In this document: piece by piece, positions 18,346 to 29,149 of the stretch
Numbering within the stretch: position 1 is the first letter of the stretch
How the letters are laid out: every line of letters starts with the position of its first letter
IMG/VR virus record: IMGVR_UViG_2597489997_000001
Span: 160,001-224,000 of that record
DNA length: 64,000 nt
From: a virus
Taxonomy: Duplodnaviria > Caudoviricetes
Strand: one strand, 5' to 3'
Program-made: the position numbers and the translations under genes
The notes under the pieces: model-generated
Seen by the model: only the letters and a program-made list of their open reading frames with translations
Databases searched by the model: none
What the model was told of the DNA's origin: nothing

Positions 18346-19869
18346 TTATGAGTCAATACCGACCTGTATTATCACATCTTGAGCAGGTCCGTTGTTCTCA
18401 CTCTCTTTAAAATTCAGTTGAGCGAGGTATGCGAGGAACCCTGTCGTGGGTATGTTAAACAATCCCATGGTCCTTATCCTGTATGGATCGCTCCACGGAA
18501 CATCGAGGAATACTGTTGCACCACTCGATGTATTAATGCTCCCAGAACCCGTTATCGGAGTTGGGCTTCCGTTCTTCGTTCTCTTCTGGTTTACAGTAAT
18601 CTGTAAAGAAGCAGACGTTGCACCCTTAGGAACATTGGCTGGGGTTACTACTGTACTCAATGGCTCAGGGGTGAAATTAACCACCACAGGGTTAAGGGTA
18701 TATTCCTTATTACCGGATTTAACCTTGAACACCACGCTGATTTTACCACCTGCAAATTTAGAGGAATAATCAAACGCATATACCCCTGAAGCAGGTGTAA
18801 CGGGATTCAGCCGTGTAGCAATGGAATCATAAACGTTTGTGTTCCCACTGACTACAGGTGTTGTCACAGCGGAAACAAATGTGACATCAGTAGCAGGAAC
18901 CCCATCTTGATCTACGATGGTTATCTTTCGTTCACCTACGGTGAACGTGTTCAGGCTTCCAGATTCTAATGTCGCTGATAATGTTCTCACAACTTGCTTA
19001 GCGATGTTGTAAGTAATGGTGGATGTTAGATTCCAAGTAACCCCTAGAACGGTATACTCGTAACTAAAAGTGACTTCTCTAGAAACAGCTTCGACGGAAT
19101 CATTAATCACCTCCCAAGCTCCAGTCTCTGGGGTAAAGTTAATATACTCGTCTGAAGCAGTTATGTTTTTAGCAGAAGCAGTTACGTTGGTTCCATTGTA
19201 GTTAGTTAAGACTAATGGGAAAGCTCCAGTATCCCCTAGTTTAACATCTATGGAAGATGGTGTTGCTGTTAAAACGGGCGGTAGTACAAATGTGTAAACA
19301 ACGGTTAATTGAGCATCGTAATAATTGAACTTCAGATTCCCACTGATACTCTCACCGGGATTAGGGTTAAAGTCAGGAGAGATTTTAAACTTAAGTTCTG
19401 ACGCGGTTTTGCCAGTGATATTAATGATACCGGAAGAATCGACTATTCCTAAGTCAAGACTATTGAGGTCTATTCTTTCCGTACCGTTCCAAAGAGTAAA
19501 CGGAATGGTGTATTCAACTGCTTTATCAAATCTCTCTATGGGTTCGGTAGAATCCATTTTAAAATCTGGCGGAGAAACCTCAACCTCTATACTGAGCGTT
19601 GATATGTCTTCACCCTCGACACCTTCCTCATGCCCGTCATATCCAAATGGGACCACTATCGTGTTGGTGCCAGTCGCGATACCCTTTATATGAAGATCTA
19701 TGTGTTTACCATCTTCGTTTATATCACCACCCGCGCCTTCGACGAGATCTTTGAAATCGACTTGGTCGTTGAGTGTCATAGTCTTATCTACAGCGTTCTT
19801 ACCCTCAAACAAAGCAGTAACTTGGAACATTACTGTTTGCCCTTGCAACAATGTTACTTTATTAGCCAT
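18346..19869 (-). CDS. Ig-like repeat virion fibre protein, putative terminal/cap subunit
   Basis: 507 aa, Thr/Val-rich beta repeats; starts mid-domain (KVTLLQGQ...FEGK, VEGED); no C-terminal donor-like tail. Confidence 0.7.
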   Translation of the reverse strand: MANKVTLLQGQTVMFQVTALFEGKNAVDKTMTLNDQVDFKDLVEGAGGDINEDGKHIDLHIKGIATGTNTIVVPFGYDGHEEGVEGEDISTLSIEVEVSPPDFKMDSTEPIERFDKAVEYTIPFTLWNGTERIDLNSLDLGIVDSSGIINITGKTASELKFKISPDFNPNPGESISGNLKFNYYDAQLTVVYTFVLPPVLTATPSSIDVKLGDTGAFPLVLTNYNGTNVTASAKNITASDEYINFTPETGAWEVINDSVEAVSREVTFSYEYTVLGVTWNLTSTITYNIAKQVVRTLSATLESGSLNTFTVGERKITIVDQDGVPATDVTFVSAVTTPVVSGNTNVYDSIATRLNPVTPASGVYAFDYSSKFAGGKISVVFKVKSGNKEYTLNPVVVNFTPEPLSTVVTPANVPKGATSASLQITVNQKRTKNGSPTPITGSGSINTSSGATVFLDVPWSDPYRIRTMGLFNIPTTGFLAYLAQLNFKESENNGPAQDVIIQVGIDS

Positions 19870-19933
19870 GGCGATTTCCTCGTTATGACTCCTGTGATAT
19901 ATCTCCGAAATAATGGGGACATAAAATCCTAAT

Positions 19934-19963
19934 AGGAGTATCTCCCAGATGGGAGATACTCCT
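19934..19963 (-). terminator. perfect 13-bp hairpin after the 230-aa gene
   Basis: AGGAGTATCTCCC-AGAT-GGGAGATACTCCT; followed on the - strand by TTTTATGTC. Confidence 0.75.
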
Positions 19964-19971
19964 TAGTTATA

Positions 19972-20664
19972 TTACTGTACGAACTGAACGTCGAAGCGAT
20001 TAGTCGGAATTGACCCATCGTTAATGTTGGTGTTCAGAACAACATCTGCACGCAGGGTGTAATCAACACCATCGTGATTACCAACTACCAGCAGTTTAGC
20101 GGTTGCCGTAACAACTTCAGTAGTGGATGATGCGATAGATTTAAACGCAAAGTTACCTTCACCAACCACACCGCTGAACTCAAACTTATCCATAATTGCA
20201 TCTGGATCGACACTAACGCCGGTGATGGTGTTGGATATATCGTTCTCAGCTTCGCCTTCACCTTTAACAACTTTAAAGGTCAGAGGTTTACTTTCCCAAA
20301 GATCCATGGTAAGTGGAGTGGTAACATCGATCAAGCGAGCCAGAGGGGCGGCTGCGGTGATCGTAAGTGCTATGGTCTTCGTACTTTTACCATAGCCTTC
20401 CACATCGGAGTTAACCCCAGCATCAGCATATTTGAATACCACTGTTGCTTCTTGGGTACCTTCCAGTACACCAGTAAGTGGTACGTCAACAACACCAGCA
20501 CCGCCATCAACGAGAGCACCGATAGTAACCAGACCCTTGAGGTCAGAAGCATCGGAATCAACACTGATCTTATTCAGGGCAAATGTTTTCCCTTCAAAGG
20601 TAGGTTTGATTTGAAGAGATGCAACTGCTCCCACTTCCAATGTAAAGTCTTTGTCGGCCATCAT
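19972..20664 (-). CDS. two-domain Ig-like fibre subunit, putative polymerising shaft
   Basis: 230 aa; N-term DFTLEVGA...FEGK; C-term IPTNRFDVQFVQ matches the end of the 939-aa protein. Confidence 0.7.
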   Translation of the reverse strand: MMADKDFTLEVGAVASLQIKPTFEGKTFALNKISVDSDASDLKGLVTIGALVDGGAGVVDVPLTGVLEGTQEATVVFKYADAGVNSDVEGYGKSTKTIALTITAAAPLARLIDVTTPLTMDLWESKPLTFKVVKGEGEAENDISNTITGVSVDPDAIMDKFEFSGVVGEGNFAFKSIASSTTEVVTATAKLLVVGNHDGVDYTLRADVVLNTNINDGSIPTNRFDVQFVQ

Positions 20665-20674
20665 TTTCTCCTGT

Positions 20675-20692
20675 TAGGGACCGAAGTCCCTA
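20675..20692 (-). promoter_or_regulatory. UUCG hairpin directly upstream of RBS (possible mRNA 5' stabiliser)
   Basis: - strand TAGGGAC-TTCG-GTCCCTA-ACAGGAG-AAAATG, no U tract. Confidence 0.6.
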
Positions 20693-20697
20693 TTGTT

Positions 20698-23517
20698 TTA
20701 AAGGAACTCAATATTAAAACGAGTAGTAGGAATACCACCCGAGTTAGGACGAGTACTCAATTTCACCTCTGCGGGGAGATCGAATACATTACCTTCATGT
20801 GTAACCTTGAACATCAGTGAAGCATAGTTAACCTGCCATTTAACCGGGTCGGCTTTAACAGATTTGAAGCCCCATGATGTATCAGAGATTTTCACAAACT
20901 CAAACTGCTGTGAAATTTCAGATGCGTTAACACAAGTAATCTCAGTCAGTTCAGAGGTAATATCTTGGTCACCTGCTTTAATACTAAATACTAAAGGCGC
21001 GGTATCCCAAAGGTCCATCTCATAACTTCCAGTCAATCCTTCTAAATGAGGACCGGTGGAGTTACCGATGGTGTACTTAATCTGAACGTTATCAGACCAC
21101 TTCATCGCCTGTTCTGGAATACGGAAGGAGAATCTGAATTCACCAGTTGCGGTAGTCTCAGGGTCCTTCTTAATAGTCCAGGTACCATCAGGCGAAACAT
21201 CAATATAGTCGTTAGGTGTTACCGACCACTCAACGGTAGCGTCTGTCAGGTCAAGACCAGGAGTCATCCTGGAAGTCACTTTAACAGGAACCTTACCGCT
21301 GTCGCCATTAACCCCAGTGATTTCACCAATCACTTCAACAGTCGGTGATGGGTTAGTCGTTTGGTGAGAAACTTTCACATCGAAGCTAACAGTACGTTCA
21401 TGATAGGTAATCGTAAAGTTAGTGATTCTCGTGTTCATCCCCTGGTCAGGAACCCACAAGGATTTAATCGTGAACCCACCTTCGATATTCTTAACAATCT
21501 CCACTTCATCCGGTTTGTTTGTCGTAACAACTAAACCATCGGAAAACATACTGATTGTATCTGTCTCTGATGTCAGTTTAAGGGTGATGTCAACCTGGTC
21601 TCCGGTTTTAACGTAAACCTGAGGAATAACATCGTCTACAGTTAAACTACCCAAACAAACTACTGACGTTTTGACTTCTACACGGTCTTCACCAATAACA
21701 CCTGTTGGGCTTCCGCCATCACGATAGAAGTTGAAAGTAATATCACCGTAGCGGTTATTCTGGAGACCTTCTACAACTACGTCATAGCTTCCATTGTCCC
21801 CAGGACCCTGACCGACAATGCTAACATGACTAGGGACTGTTGAAGTTGGCTCATCAAGATGGATAGGAATGTCAGTTCCTTCACCATTTATCGTTGGGTA
21901 GAAATTAAGCGTTTTCTGCTCACCCACTCTGAGGTTAACCTTGCTATTCCCAATCACATCAAAGTTGACAGGAGGAATAACATTAACCTGACACATCACG
22001 TCGACCCATTGGACGATATTGCCTGTGGTGTTCCAGTCCTCATCAATGGTGAATTTGAATTGTCCCGATTCCCCAACATTGCTGGACTTAATTGTCCCAA
22101 CGTAAGTACCAGGCGCTCCTTCTTTAGGAACAAACTGAGTAATGATCTCAACACCCGGACCAGATTGTTGGAGAACCAACTCACCAACTACCGGCGCTGA
22201 AGAATTATTCAGTCGTTCTTGTTTAAGAGTAACTTCTACCTGGGTATCTTTATCTACGGTAATCGCGAGTGGTGTGACAGTAGATATGACCGCTTTACCT
22301 GGAGCACTGTAAGTCAGTGTATTCAAGGTGGTTTTGAAAGCACCCAAACTTACTTTAGGAGCAACAGTAAGTTCACATGCTACAGGACCTAAATCGACAG
22401 TCCAGTAATAACGACCAGGCGTACCCTCTACAGGGAAGAAGTTCCCACTGTCGCCCTGATTGGTACCAAACAGTGGCGTGACCTGAGCGTTTAATGAGCC
22501 GTCGTAGAGAAGACCAGAAACAGGAACATTATCCTGATCGACTACATCAAACTGAATGGTGTTCTTCTTAGAAGATTCCAGCTCAGTTGATCCGACAACC
22601 TTAGCAGTGAGGGTAATGGCTTTAACGTATTCGAATTCAAAACTGAACGGAACAGTTGGGTAAATAGATGCAGTACTGTCGTTGTTGTAAGTTCCACTGA
22701 CAGTAACTTTACCAACCTCACCAGTTGATTTAATACCGAAGCTATATGTACCAGGAGTTTCAGTATTGGTTATTTGCTGACCTAACGTCGCAGGACCTTC
22801 GAAACCAGTAATTCTAACTGTTCCCACAGCTGGGGAATTAGGATCACTCGAGATTGCTTTGGTTAAGGCAAGAGTGATATCAGTTACTTCATTCAGCACT
22901 GCTGGAGCTGAATTTGGTACTGGAGTTGCAACAACCAAGGTCCCAGGGTTATTAAAGACCATATCGTCCAGGACGTAGGAATCTGTCTTATCTGGAACGG
23001 TAACGGTGAGAGTTACCGTTATCGTACCGGTTGTTTCACCAGGAGTTACTACAATGTAGTAACGGCCAGGAGTGTTAGGGTCCTGGTATATCCCACTGCC
23101 GTAAGATGTTACGACCGATCCAGTTCTTGGGTTCGTCACAAGCTTGAAATCAACTTTAGTGGCGCCGATAACTGGATCACCATTACCATCTTTCAGAGTA
23201 AAGTAAAGCTGTACGCGCTCAAAGGGAGTAAGGTCTCCAGTTGTTTCCAACTCGTAGGTTAGGACGTACGTTTCGATATGCTTATGGGTTAATGATAAAG
23301 GAACAACAACACGATGCTTTCCTTTATATGTAAAAGTTAGGTTCGGTGTATAAACAGTATCCTGTTCCACATCACCGGTAAAGGAATACGTAATCGTATC
23401 CTCACCGATGTCGGAAATCTGGACCCCTGGGGTGGGGTCCAGTGTTATTACCATTTCAGGATCTTTGTTAGATATCACCGTACCATTAACACTAGCGGCT
23501 TGCTTAAGTGTTTTCAT
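20698..23517 (-). CDS. Ig-like repeat fibre protein, putative adaptor subunit
   Basis: 939 aa; N-term homologous to the 1859-aa N-term (SNKDP...IGEDTITY); invasin-like DGNGDPV / DQDNVPV motifs. Confidence 0.75.
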   Translation of the reverse strand: MKTLKQAASVNGTVISNKDPEMVITLDPTPGVQISDIGEDTITYSFTGDVEQDTVYTPNLTFTYKGKHRVVVPLSLTHKHIETYVLTYELETTGDLTPFERVQLYFTLKDGNGDPVIGATKVDFKLVTNPRTGSVVTSYGSGIYQDPNTPGRYYIVVTPGETTGTITVTLTVTVPDKTDSYVLDDMVFNNPGTLVVATPVPNSAPAVLNEVTDITLALTKAISSDPNSPAVGTVRITGFEGPATLGQQITNTETPGTYSFGIKSTGEVGKVTVSGTYNNDSTASIYPTVPFSFEFEYVKAITLTAKVVGSTELESSKKNTIQFDVVDQDNVPVSGLLYDGSLNAQVTPLFGTNQGDSGNFFPVEGTPGRYYWTVDLGPVACELTVAPKVSLGAFKTTLNTLTYSAPGKAVISTVTPLAITVDKDTQVEVTLKQERLNNSSAPVVGELVLQQSGPGVEIITQFVPKEGAPGTYVGTIKSSNVGESGQFKFTIDEDWNTTGNIVQWVDVMCQVNVIPPVNFDVIGNSKVNLRVGEQKTLNFYPTINGEGTDIPIHLDEPTSTVPSHVSIVGQGPGDNGSYDVVVEGLQNNRYGDITFNFYRDGGSPTGVIGEDRVEVKTSVVCLGSLTVDDVIPQVYVKTGDQVDITLKLTSETDTISMFSDGLVVTTNKPDEVEIVKNIEGGFTIKSLWVPDQGMNTRITNFTITYHERTVSFDVKVSHQTTNPSPTVEVIGEITGVNGDSGKVPVKVTSRMTPGLDLTDATVEWSVTPNDYIDVSPDGTWTIKKDPETTATGEFRFSFRIPEQAMKWSDNVQIKYTIGNSTGPHLEGLTGSYEMDLWDTAPLVFSIKAGDQDITSELTEITCVNASEISQQFEFVKISDTSWGFKSVKADPVKWQVNYASLMFKVTHEGNVFDLPAEVKLSTRPNSGGIPTTRFNIEFL

Positions 23518-23536
23518 GGTGACGATTTAATCCTTA

Positions 23537-26500
23537 TTAACTTGGGAGGACGGAACTCTGAGTTAAGGTTAAAGGATGGTCCTTATCGCCTTCACCAGAA
23601 GTTTGGAATCCTTCCGAGAGTACCAGAGCAACTGATGTACTTTGTTGTGTCACTGTTAATGGACGATTCACCACTTGCGCGGCATTAGTACCAATCTTCA
23701 TGCTATAATCAATAGAGGTTTGAACGACAGTTTCATCGAATACTTCCCCTTTGAATCTAACTTTGAAGCTCGTTGGGGTTAGAGAATTAGGAACCATTTC
23801 GATAGCTGCATTATCTTTAACAGTTACCGATACGACTCCATTATTATTGGTAGTTGAATTATCCAGAGTTAATGGGGAAGAGCCATAACGCATGTCAGCG
23901 TGAATTTCAATCTCATCACCAAAGACACCGGTGATGGCTGTTTCGGTCTGATTAACGTTAGTGGTGTTAGCGGTAAACGTAGTGATAGGGATGGTCAACA
24001 CTGCGTAATCCACACCTTCCACTGAACCCGTTGCACCCGTTCTGGTGAAGGATATGATATTTGGGATAGCTACTGAGTTGCCTGGCTGTATTGGGCAGTC
24101 GTATAACTTAGTGTCACCCATGAAGTTCACACCTTCAATGGATTTGATATTGCCAGCCACCAGAATTTCCTTAACGGTAAATCCAGGGTTGCTAGATATC
24201 TTCTCACCTCTGTACCAGCCACTGACATTTATCCTTGCTGTTCCGCCTGCGGCCACAGTAACGTCACCACGAGGTGTGCCCGGGTTCATCAATTTAAGAA
24301 TGAACTCGGCACCGTCGTATTCAGCAATATTAAAGGTACCCGATGCATTACGAACAACACTATCGCCAGTGAGCTGATAAGTGAAGTCGGTAAGAACGGA
24401 AGTAGCCGGAATCTCAGTCGAGGAAGTGATTAACCAACCCGCATCTTTCTGAACAACATGGTCATTAGGAACAACCTTCAGATTAGTTACACGGCTAGTA
24501 AGATCAGTGGTTCCTTCCATTACTTTAAATGGAGGGGTGGTTCCAAAATCCCAAACTTTAACGCCCACAGGTGCATCAGTTACAGTAAGGTTATACTCTC
24601 TAACGACTGGAGCGGTTACTGTGAATGGATACTTCCAATTACCCTCATCAGTAATCGTCCCTGTGATCACTGCGTTCCCACTTGTCACCAGATCAAGGAT
24701 GATCCCGTAATATCCATTCTCATCCAATGCCAGTAACCCGGCGTTACTACCACCTGTTACAGTAATTCCACTGAGAGTCCCATTAGGGAACGTATACGGT
24801 GCTTCCACCCCATAGCGTTTCTGATCAAGTTTGAACTTGACCGTTACCTGATGGTTTTCATCTGCGGTGTAAGAAGGTGCATCTAACGTAGGTGTGACTG
24901 GAGATTTAGGTACGACAATGGTCGTATCCAATGACACTCTACCGCCTGAGTTTGGAGAGGTAACGGCACCTTTCAAGTTTAAGGTGTCTCCAGTATGCCC
25001 TGCGGTAAATTTCAATATCAGTCCATCAGCATCGTCAGGGTCATTAATGACACTATAACCTTCAGAAGCAATCATCGCATTACCATTACTCGGAGCCGGT
25101 ATAAGTTTAGGGTTATACACTACAGGTGTTGTTAATGCGGTAGAACCAACCCGTAGTTTGAACTTAAGCTCATTCTGAGTTGCCGGTGTGGCAGTAACTG
25201 TTTCAGATGTTACAGCTATCCCTAAATTTCCTGATGTGGCATAAACCCAGAAGTTAGAGTCGGTAGCTGGAGGCGGTGATGGTGTCCAATCCTTACTACC
25301 TTCAGGGGTACTATAGTACGCTCTAATCGGGTTGAAATACCCCTCAGTCCCTCCGAGGGTTGGTCTGGTGATTCTACCCCATACAGTGGTTCCTGTTCCA
25401 CCCACCCATTCCCAGGCTATGTTACCATTGGTGTTACCGGTCGCCTGACCAAAAATACTGTACATCGTAAGTTTGGTGTCTTCTAGCGGGATTCTAACAC
25501 CGTTAAGAATTGCGTAGACTATCGCTGCCGGACCAGTCCTTGATCCGCTCCTCATGTATGTAACTTCGTTTTGCCGACCAGTGAAACACCAACCAACGTT
25601 ATACATGCTGAGATAGTCACCGTTAATGAATCCAAGATCGGATGACCTGGTAACAACATCTTTACCTTCAACTGTTCCCGGAGTACCCTTAACCTTATAC
25701 TTAACACCAGTGAGTGTTAAAGGCGTTGCCTGCTTATTAGGTGATGCATGAGTAGCTCTAGCCCTAAGCGTTATTGTCAGTGTTTTATTATCTTCGGAGG
25801 CTTCTTGTTTAACTAAGGTAGTGTATCCACCCAAGGTTCCGCCAAGATCTGACAATTCAACTTTATCTGCGGCAGGTTTGCCTTTATATATAGGATAAAC
25901 TATAAAGGTTGTATCCTGAGCGATGGAGGCTCCGATCACCTCAGTAGGTTTAATGATTTCTAAAGTGACCCCATTCCAAGCAGCCAACTTAAAGGTAGCA
26001 GTTACCTGAGAGGTGAACTCTTTACCATCAACCTCAAAGGTCAGGTTAAATGTGGTCTTAACGTCACGAGCCGTTGTTTCGGCTGTTTCAACATACCACA
26101 GTTTTCCACCTTCGGTATCCGCAGTGATGTAAGTGTTAGGGACCATCTCAACTTTCTTGAGTTTGTCACTAGCATCTTCGCCGGCTGCGTTGGTGATGGT
26201 AAATGGTAATTCATCACCAGACTGCCAGATAGAAGTGGAGATAGGTTTGTCGGTGTAAACCAGATCTTTAATCAGGTTAGGTTGAACAGTAACATTGATA
26301 TCCATGGTGTCAGATTTACCGCCATAAGTGACAGTCATCTTAACAGGATAGCTCGTTTCCTGAAGAACCTCTTTGATTATCTTACACGTTACATCGGTAT
26401 CAGTTAAGAAACCTTTGCGCTCCAGGATATCGGCCGGAGCAAACGTATAAGTGATCCCAGTTGTAGCTGGTTTCAGTTCAGCGCCATTCCAGGTCAACTG

Positions 26501-29116
26501 GATAGGGATGTTAACGTCTTTGGTTTCAACCCCAGTGACATCTTGAGATTCAGGTGTTACTGCAAGAACATCATCCCATACCTCAACTTCTGGTAACCAC
26601 GCATCCCAGTTTAGATGTTTGGTATTGGCAGGGTAGCCCCAGTTATTGGCGGCTTTAACCGCAATAGACGGGTGGTGGGTACCGACTGTCTTACCAACGA
26701 TATTGATACGGCGGCCTTCACTGAGACCATATGGCATTACTTCATAAAGAACACCACCATCCGCTCCATTGGAGTTGGATGGATCTGGAGGACTGAGTGT
26801 GTCACTAGTAGCATCTTTGCCGCGATCAGTAATGACCACATTCAACATGCTGTTCTGACCAACCTTAAGTCTGAGTTTCTCCCAACGATCGACAGAGTTC
26901 GCATGAGGGCTCATCTTGAAGGCAACACCATCCCAGGCCGGAAGGTTGAATGTACCTGTTCCACTGTAGTCAGTATTGACACCGTCCACCACTAACTTAA
27001 AGTTAAATGTAACCTGAGTGGATTTAGGTGCAGTGTCAGCATAAAGAACAGCCCATGCCTTTTTGTTCACAGCAGGGGAGGTATCTGGTTTAACATAATC
27101 GTTAGCCGTTACCTTAAGTTCCGTTATCTGGGAAGTTACATCTGTTCCAGCCAACGTCACTGTAAACGGAGGAACATCACCCATCTGCCACATCGCTACC
27201 GTAATTGGGTTGTCAGTGATGACAGGAACAATCTTACTTGCTCTGAGCTTAAACTCAACAACCTGAGTCTCCCCAATCGGATACTGAACTTTCATGGAAA
27301 CACTAACGTCTCCAAGTTCACCCATACCTTTAGCATTAAAGCTATAAGTACCGTCTTCCGTTTCCTTAACAGGAGAGGTGTCGGTGGTGAAGCCTTTACC
27401 TGTAACAGTAAGTTCGGTAATTTCAATGGCGTTAATAGGAGTGGTGACTGCTCCCTGTTCCTGGGTTAACTTAAAGATAACCTTAGTCACAGAGTTGTTA
27501 AAGTAGTTGATCTTATTATCAGTAGGTGTTGCTACAAATGGGGAAGCTTCAACAATAACTGGAGTAAAGGTTCCCGGTACTGAAGCGTAACCCGTACCTT
27601 CACCATTCTTACCTTGTTTTGGTGAGACCATTCCAACTATTTCAAATCGGAATTTCTTATACGGCATCACAGGTAGGTCGATTTGGACCACACCTTGCTG
27701 GTTAGCAGTATGCCCACCAAAGGTAATGTCTTCACCAATTTTAGCGTCAGTTGCTACATCATAGAGACGTCCAACAAGACCATCGGACTTAGCCCCATTA
27801 ACAGTCCACAGAGGACCTTCCCCATAAGTAGGTTGAGACAGTTTCAATCTCAAGGATTGCGCTACGTTAGGAGTTATAGGGTCAAGCAATTCCATTGGAA
27901 TAGAAGAAGGGGTTAATGCAAATACAGTAACACCACCTGCTATACCAATACTCGGATTATCGTCTACCGCGTAAGTGGCTTTCCATAAGAAACCAACATC
28001 TTTAGCGATAGGTCCATTTAAACGTACAGTCCACGAGTTCCCGCTCTTACCCACAATGGTGATGTTTGGAGGAGTACTCGGGTCAGATGCACTTACTGAC
28101 ACTGTCAGTGTCAGGTTAGCATTCCCATTAGGAATGGCGGCGCCCTTATACGTGATTACTGGCGATACCAAAATAGTATCTCCAGCATTACCGCTCAGCA
28201 AACGTTCATATGTGTTAGGGAATTGAATACTCAACCCAGTTCCAGTATCTACCAGACACAGGACCCCGAACTGAGTTAACAGCTCGCCTTGTGTATCTCT
28301 GACAACTACGTTCTTTCTACTATTACTGATATCAGTGAAAGTCATTGAGACTTTTCTAGCATCATCGCCTACTACAACGTCAGTAGCACCAGATACGCCA
28401 TTACCAGGTTGATTCAGTAGCGCGGTGTCAGTAACGTATTCTGAAGGGTTAACCAGGATATTTCTTTTATAAAGGGAATAAGTAAATTCACCGGACTGGT
28501 TTACCGAGCTAATTACTGGAGTGTCATTCCCACCATGGATGCGTGCCTCGTAATCGGCTTTCGTCCATTTCTTAATGGTAACAGGAACATCTGCGGTTAA
28601 CGTATATGGTTTACCTGCGTGTGTACCTGATACTGTAAATTTGAATGTGCTTACTACGTCATCGCTATCAGCAGTGATGGCGGTGAACATCATGTTATTT
28701 GTTTTTGCGAGATAACTGGTATGAGTACCAGCATTATCAACGATACTATCAATAGCGAATCCGGAAGTAAGATCCCGGCCAGAGACCGGGAGAATTACTC
28801 GGAACGGTGCTTGATAGGCTGAGCCTGCCTCGACTTCGATCGGTTTGACTTCTACGATAGTAGGTTCTTCAGCTAATGCCCGCTGAACGATATTCAGCGG
28901 GACTTCATAGCTAATGAGACCCATGTACGTAAAGGTCAAGTTGAGCGAGTACGTTGCGTCTTCATCCGGGAATCCATTAAAGCCGTAGGTGATAGTATCT
29001 TCACCGATTTCCTTAATGAACACGTTCGGGTTGGACTCAAGTACTATAACAAGGTTTGGATCCTTGTTGCTCAACTTTTTACCGTCAACCATCAGGCTTT
29101 GTTTCATCTTAGCCAT
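23537..29116 (-). CDS. large Ig-like repeat fibre protein
   Basis: 1859 aa, repeated W..G..PF.V / FxxxxW(D/N)G / VEGxD domains; AAGGA RBS. Confidence 0.8.
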   Translation of the reverse strand: MAKMKQSLMVDGKKLSNKDPNLVIVLESNPNVFIKEIGEDTITYGFNGFPDEDATYSLNLTFTYMGLISYEVPLNIVQRALAEEPTIVEVKPIEVEAGSAYQAPFRVILPVSGRDLTSGFAIDSIVDNAGTHTSYLAKTNNMMFTAITADSDDVVSTFKFTVSGTHAGKPYTLTADVPVTIKKWTKADYEARIHGGNDTPVISSVNQSGEFTYSLYKRNILVNPSEYVTDTALLNQPGNGVSGATDVVVGDDARKVSMTFTDISNSRKNVVVRDTQGELLTQFGVLCLVDTGTGLSIQFPNTYERLLSGNAGDTILVSPVITYKGAAIPNGNANLTLTVSVSASDPSTPPNITIVGKSGNSWTVRLNGPIAKDVGFLWKATYAVDDNPSIGIAGGVTVFALTPSSIPMELLDPITPNVAQSLRLKLSQPTYGEGPLWTVNGAKSDGLVGRLYDVATDAKIGEDITFGGHTANQQGVVQIDLPVMPYKKFRFEIVGMVSPKQGKNGEGTGYASVPGTFTPVIVEASPFVATPTDNKINYFNNSVTKVIFKLTQEQGAVTTPINAIEITELTVTGKGFTTDTSPVKETEDGTYSFNAKGMGELGDVSVSMKVQYPIGETQVVEFKLRASKIVPVITDNPITVAMWQMGDVPPFTVTLAGTDVTSQITELKVTANDYVKPDTSPAVNKKAWAVLYADTAPKSTQVTFNFKLVVDGVNTDYSGTGTFNLPAWDGVAFKMSPHANSVDRWEKLRLKVGQNSMLNVVITDRGKDATSDTLSPPDPSNSNGADGGVLYEVMPYGLSEGRRINIVGKTVGTHHPSIAVKAANNWGYPANTKHLNWDAWLPEVEVWDDVLAVTPESQDVTGVETKDVNIPIQLTWNGAELKPATTGITYTFAPADILERKGFLTDTDVTCKIIKEVLQETSYPVKMTVTYGGKSDTMDINVTVQPNLIKDLVYTDKPISTSIWQSGDELPFTITNAAGEDASDKLKKVEMVPNTYITADTEGGKLWYVETAETTARDVKTTFNLTFEVDGKEFTSQVTATFKLAAWNGVTLEIIKPTEVIGASIAQDTTFIVYPIYKGKPAADKVELSDLGGTLGGYTTLVKQEASEDNKTLTITLRARATHASPNKQATPLTLTGVKYKVKGTPGTVEGKDVVTRSSDLGFINGDYLSMYNVGWCFTGRQNEVTYMRSGSRTGPAAIVYAILNGVRIPLEDTKLTMYSIFGQATGNTNGNIAWEWVGGTGTTVWGRITRPTLGGTEGYFNPIRAYYSTPEGSKDWTPSPPPATDSNFWVYATSGNLGIAVTSETVTATPATQNELKFKLRVGSTALTTPVVYNPKLIPAPSNGNAMIASEGYSVINDPDDADGLILKFTAGHTGDTLNLKGAVTSPNSGGRVSLDTTIVVPKSPVTPTLDAPSYTADENHQVTVKFKLDQKRYGVEAPYTFPNGTLSGITVTGGSNAGLLALDENGYYGIILDLVTSGNAVITGTITDEGNWKYPFTVTAPVVREYNLTVTDAPVGVKVWDFGTTPPFKVMEGTTDLTSRVTNLKVVPNDHVVQKDAGWLITSSTEIPATSVLTDFTYQLTGDSVVRNASGTFNIAEYDGAEFILKLMNPGTPRGDVTVAAGGTARINVSGWYRGEKISSNPGFTVKEILVAGNIKSIEGVNFMGDTKLYDCPIQPGNSVAIPNIISFTRTGATGSVEGVDYAVLTIPITTFTANTTNVNQTETAITGVFGDEIEIHADMRYGSSPLTLDNSTTNNNGVVSVTVKDNAAIEMVPNSLTPTSFKVRFKGEVFDETVVQTSIDYSMKIGTNAAQVVNRPLTVTQQSTSVALVLSEGFQTSGEGDKDHPLTLTQSSVLPS

Positions 29117-29149
29117 TAGTTACAGTTCCTTTATTACAGGGTTGCTAGT

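Noticed and set aside
29117-29149. The 4079-aa and 1859-aa genes are in frame across a 33-nt gap, suggesting readthrough or a sequencing-error split
   Set aside because: The gap holds a second in-frame TAA and a proper AAGGA RBS. The equivalent junction at 23518-23536 is out of frame, so the genes are separate.
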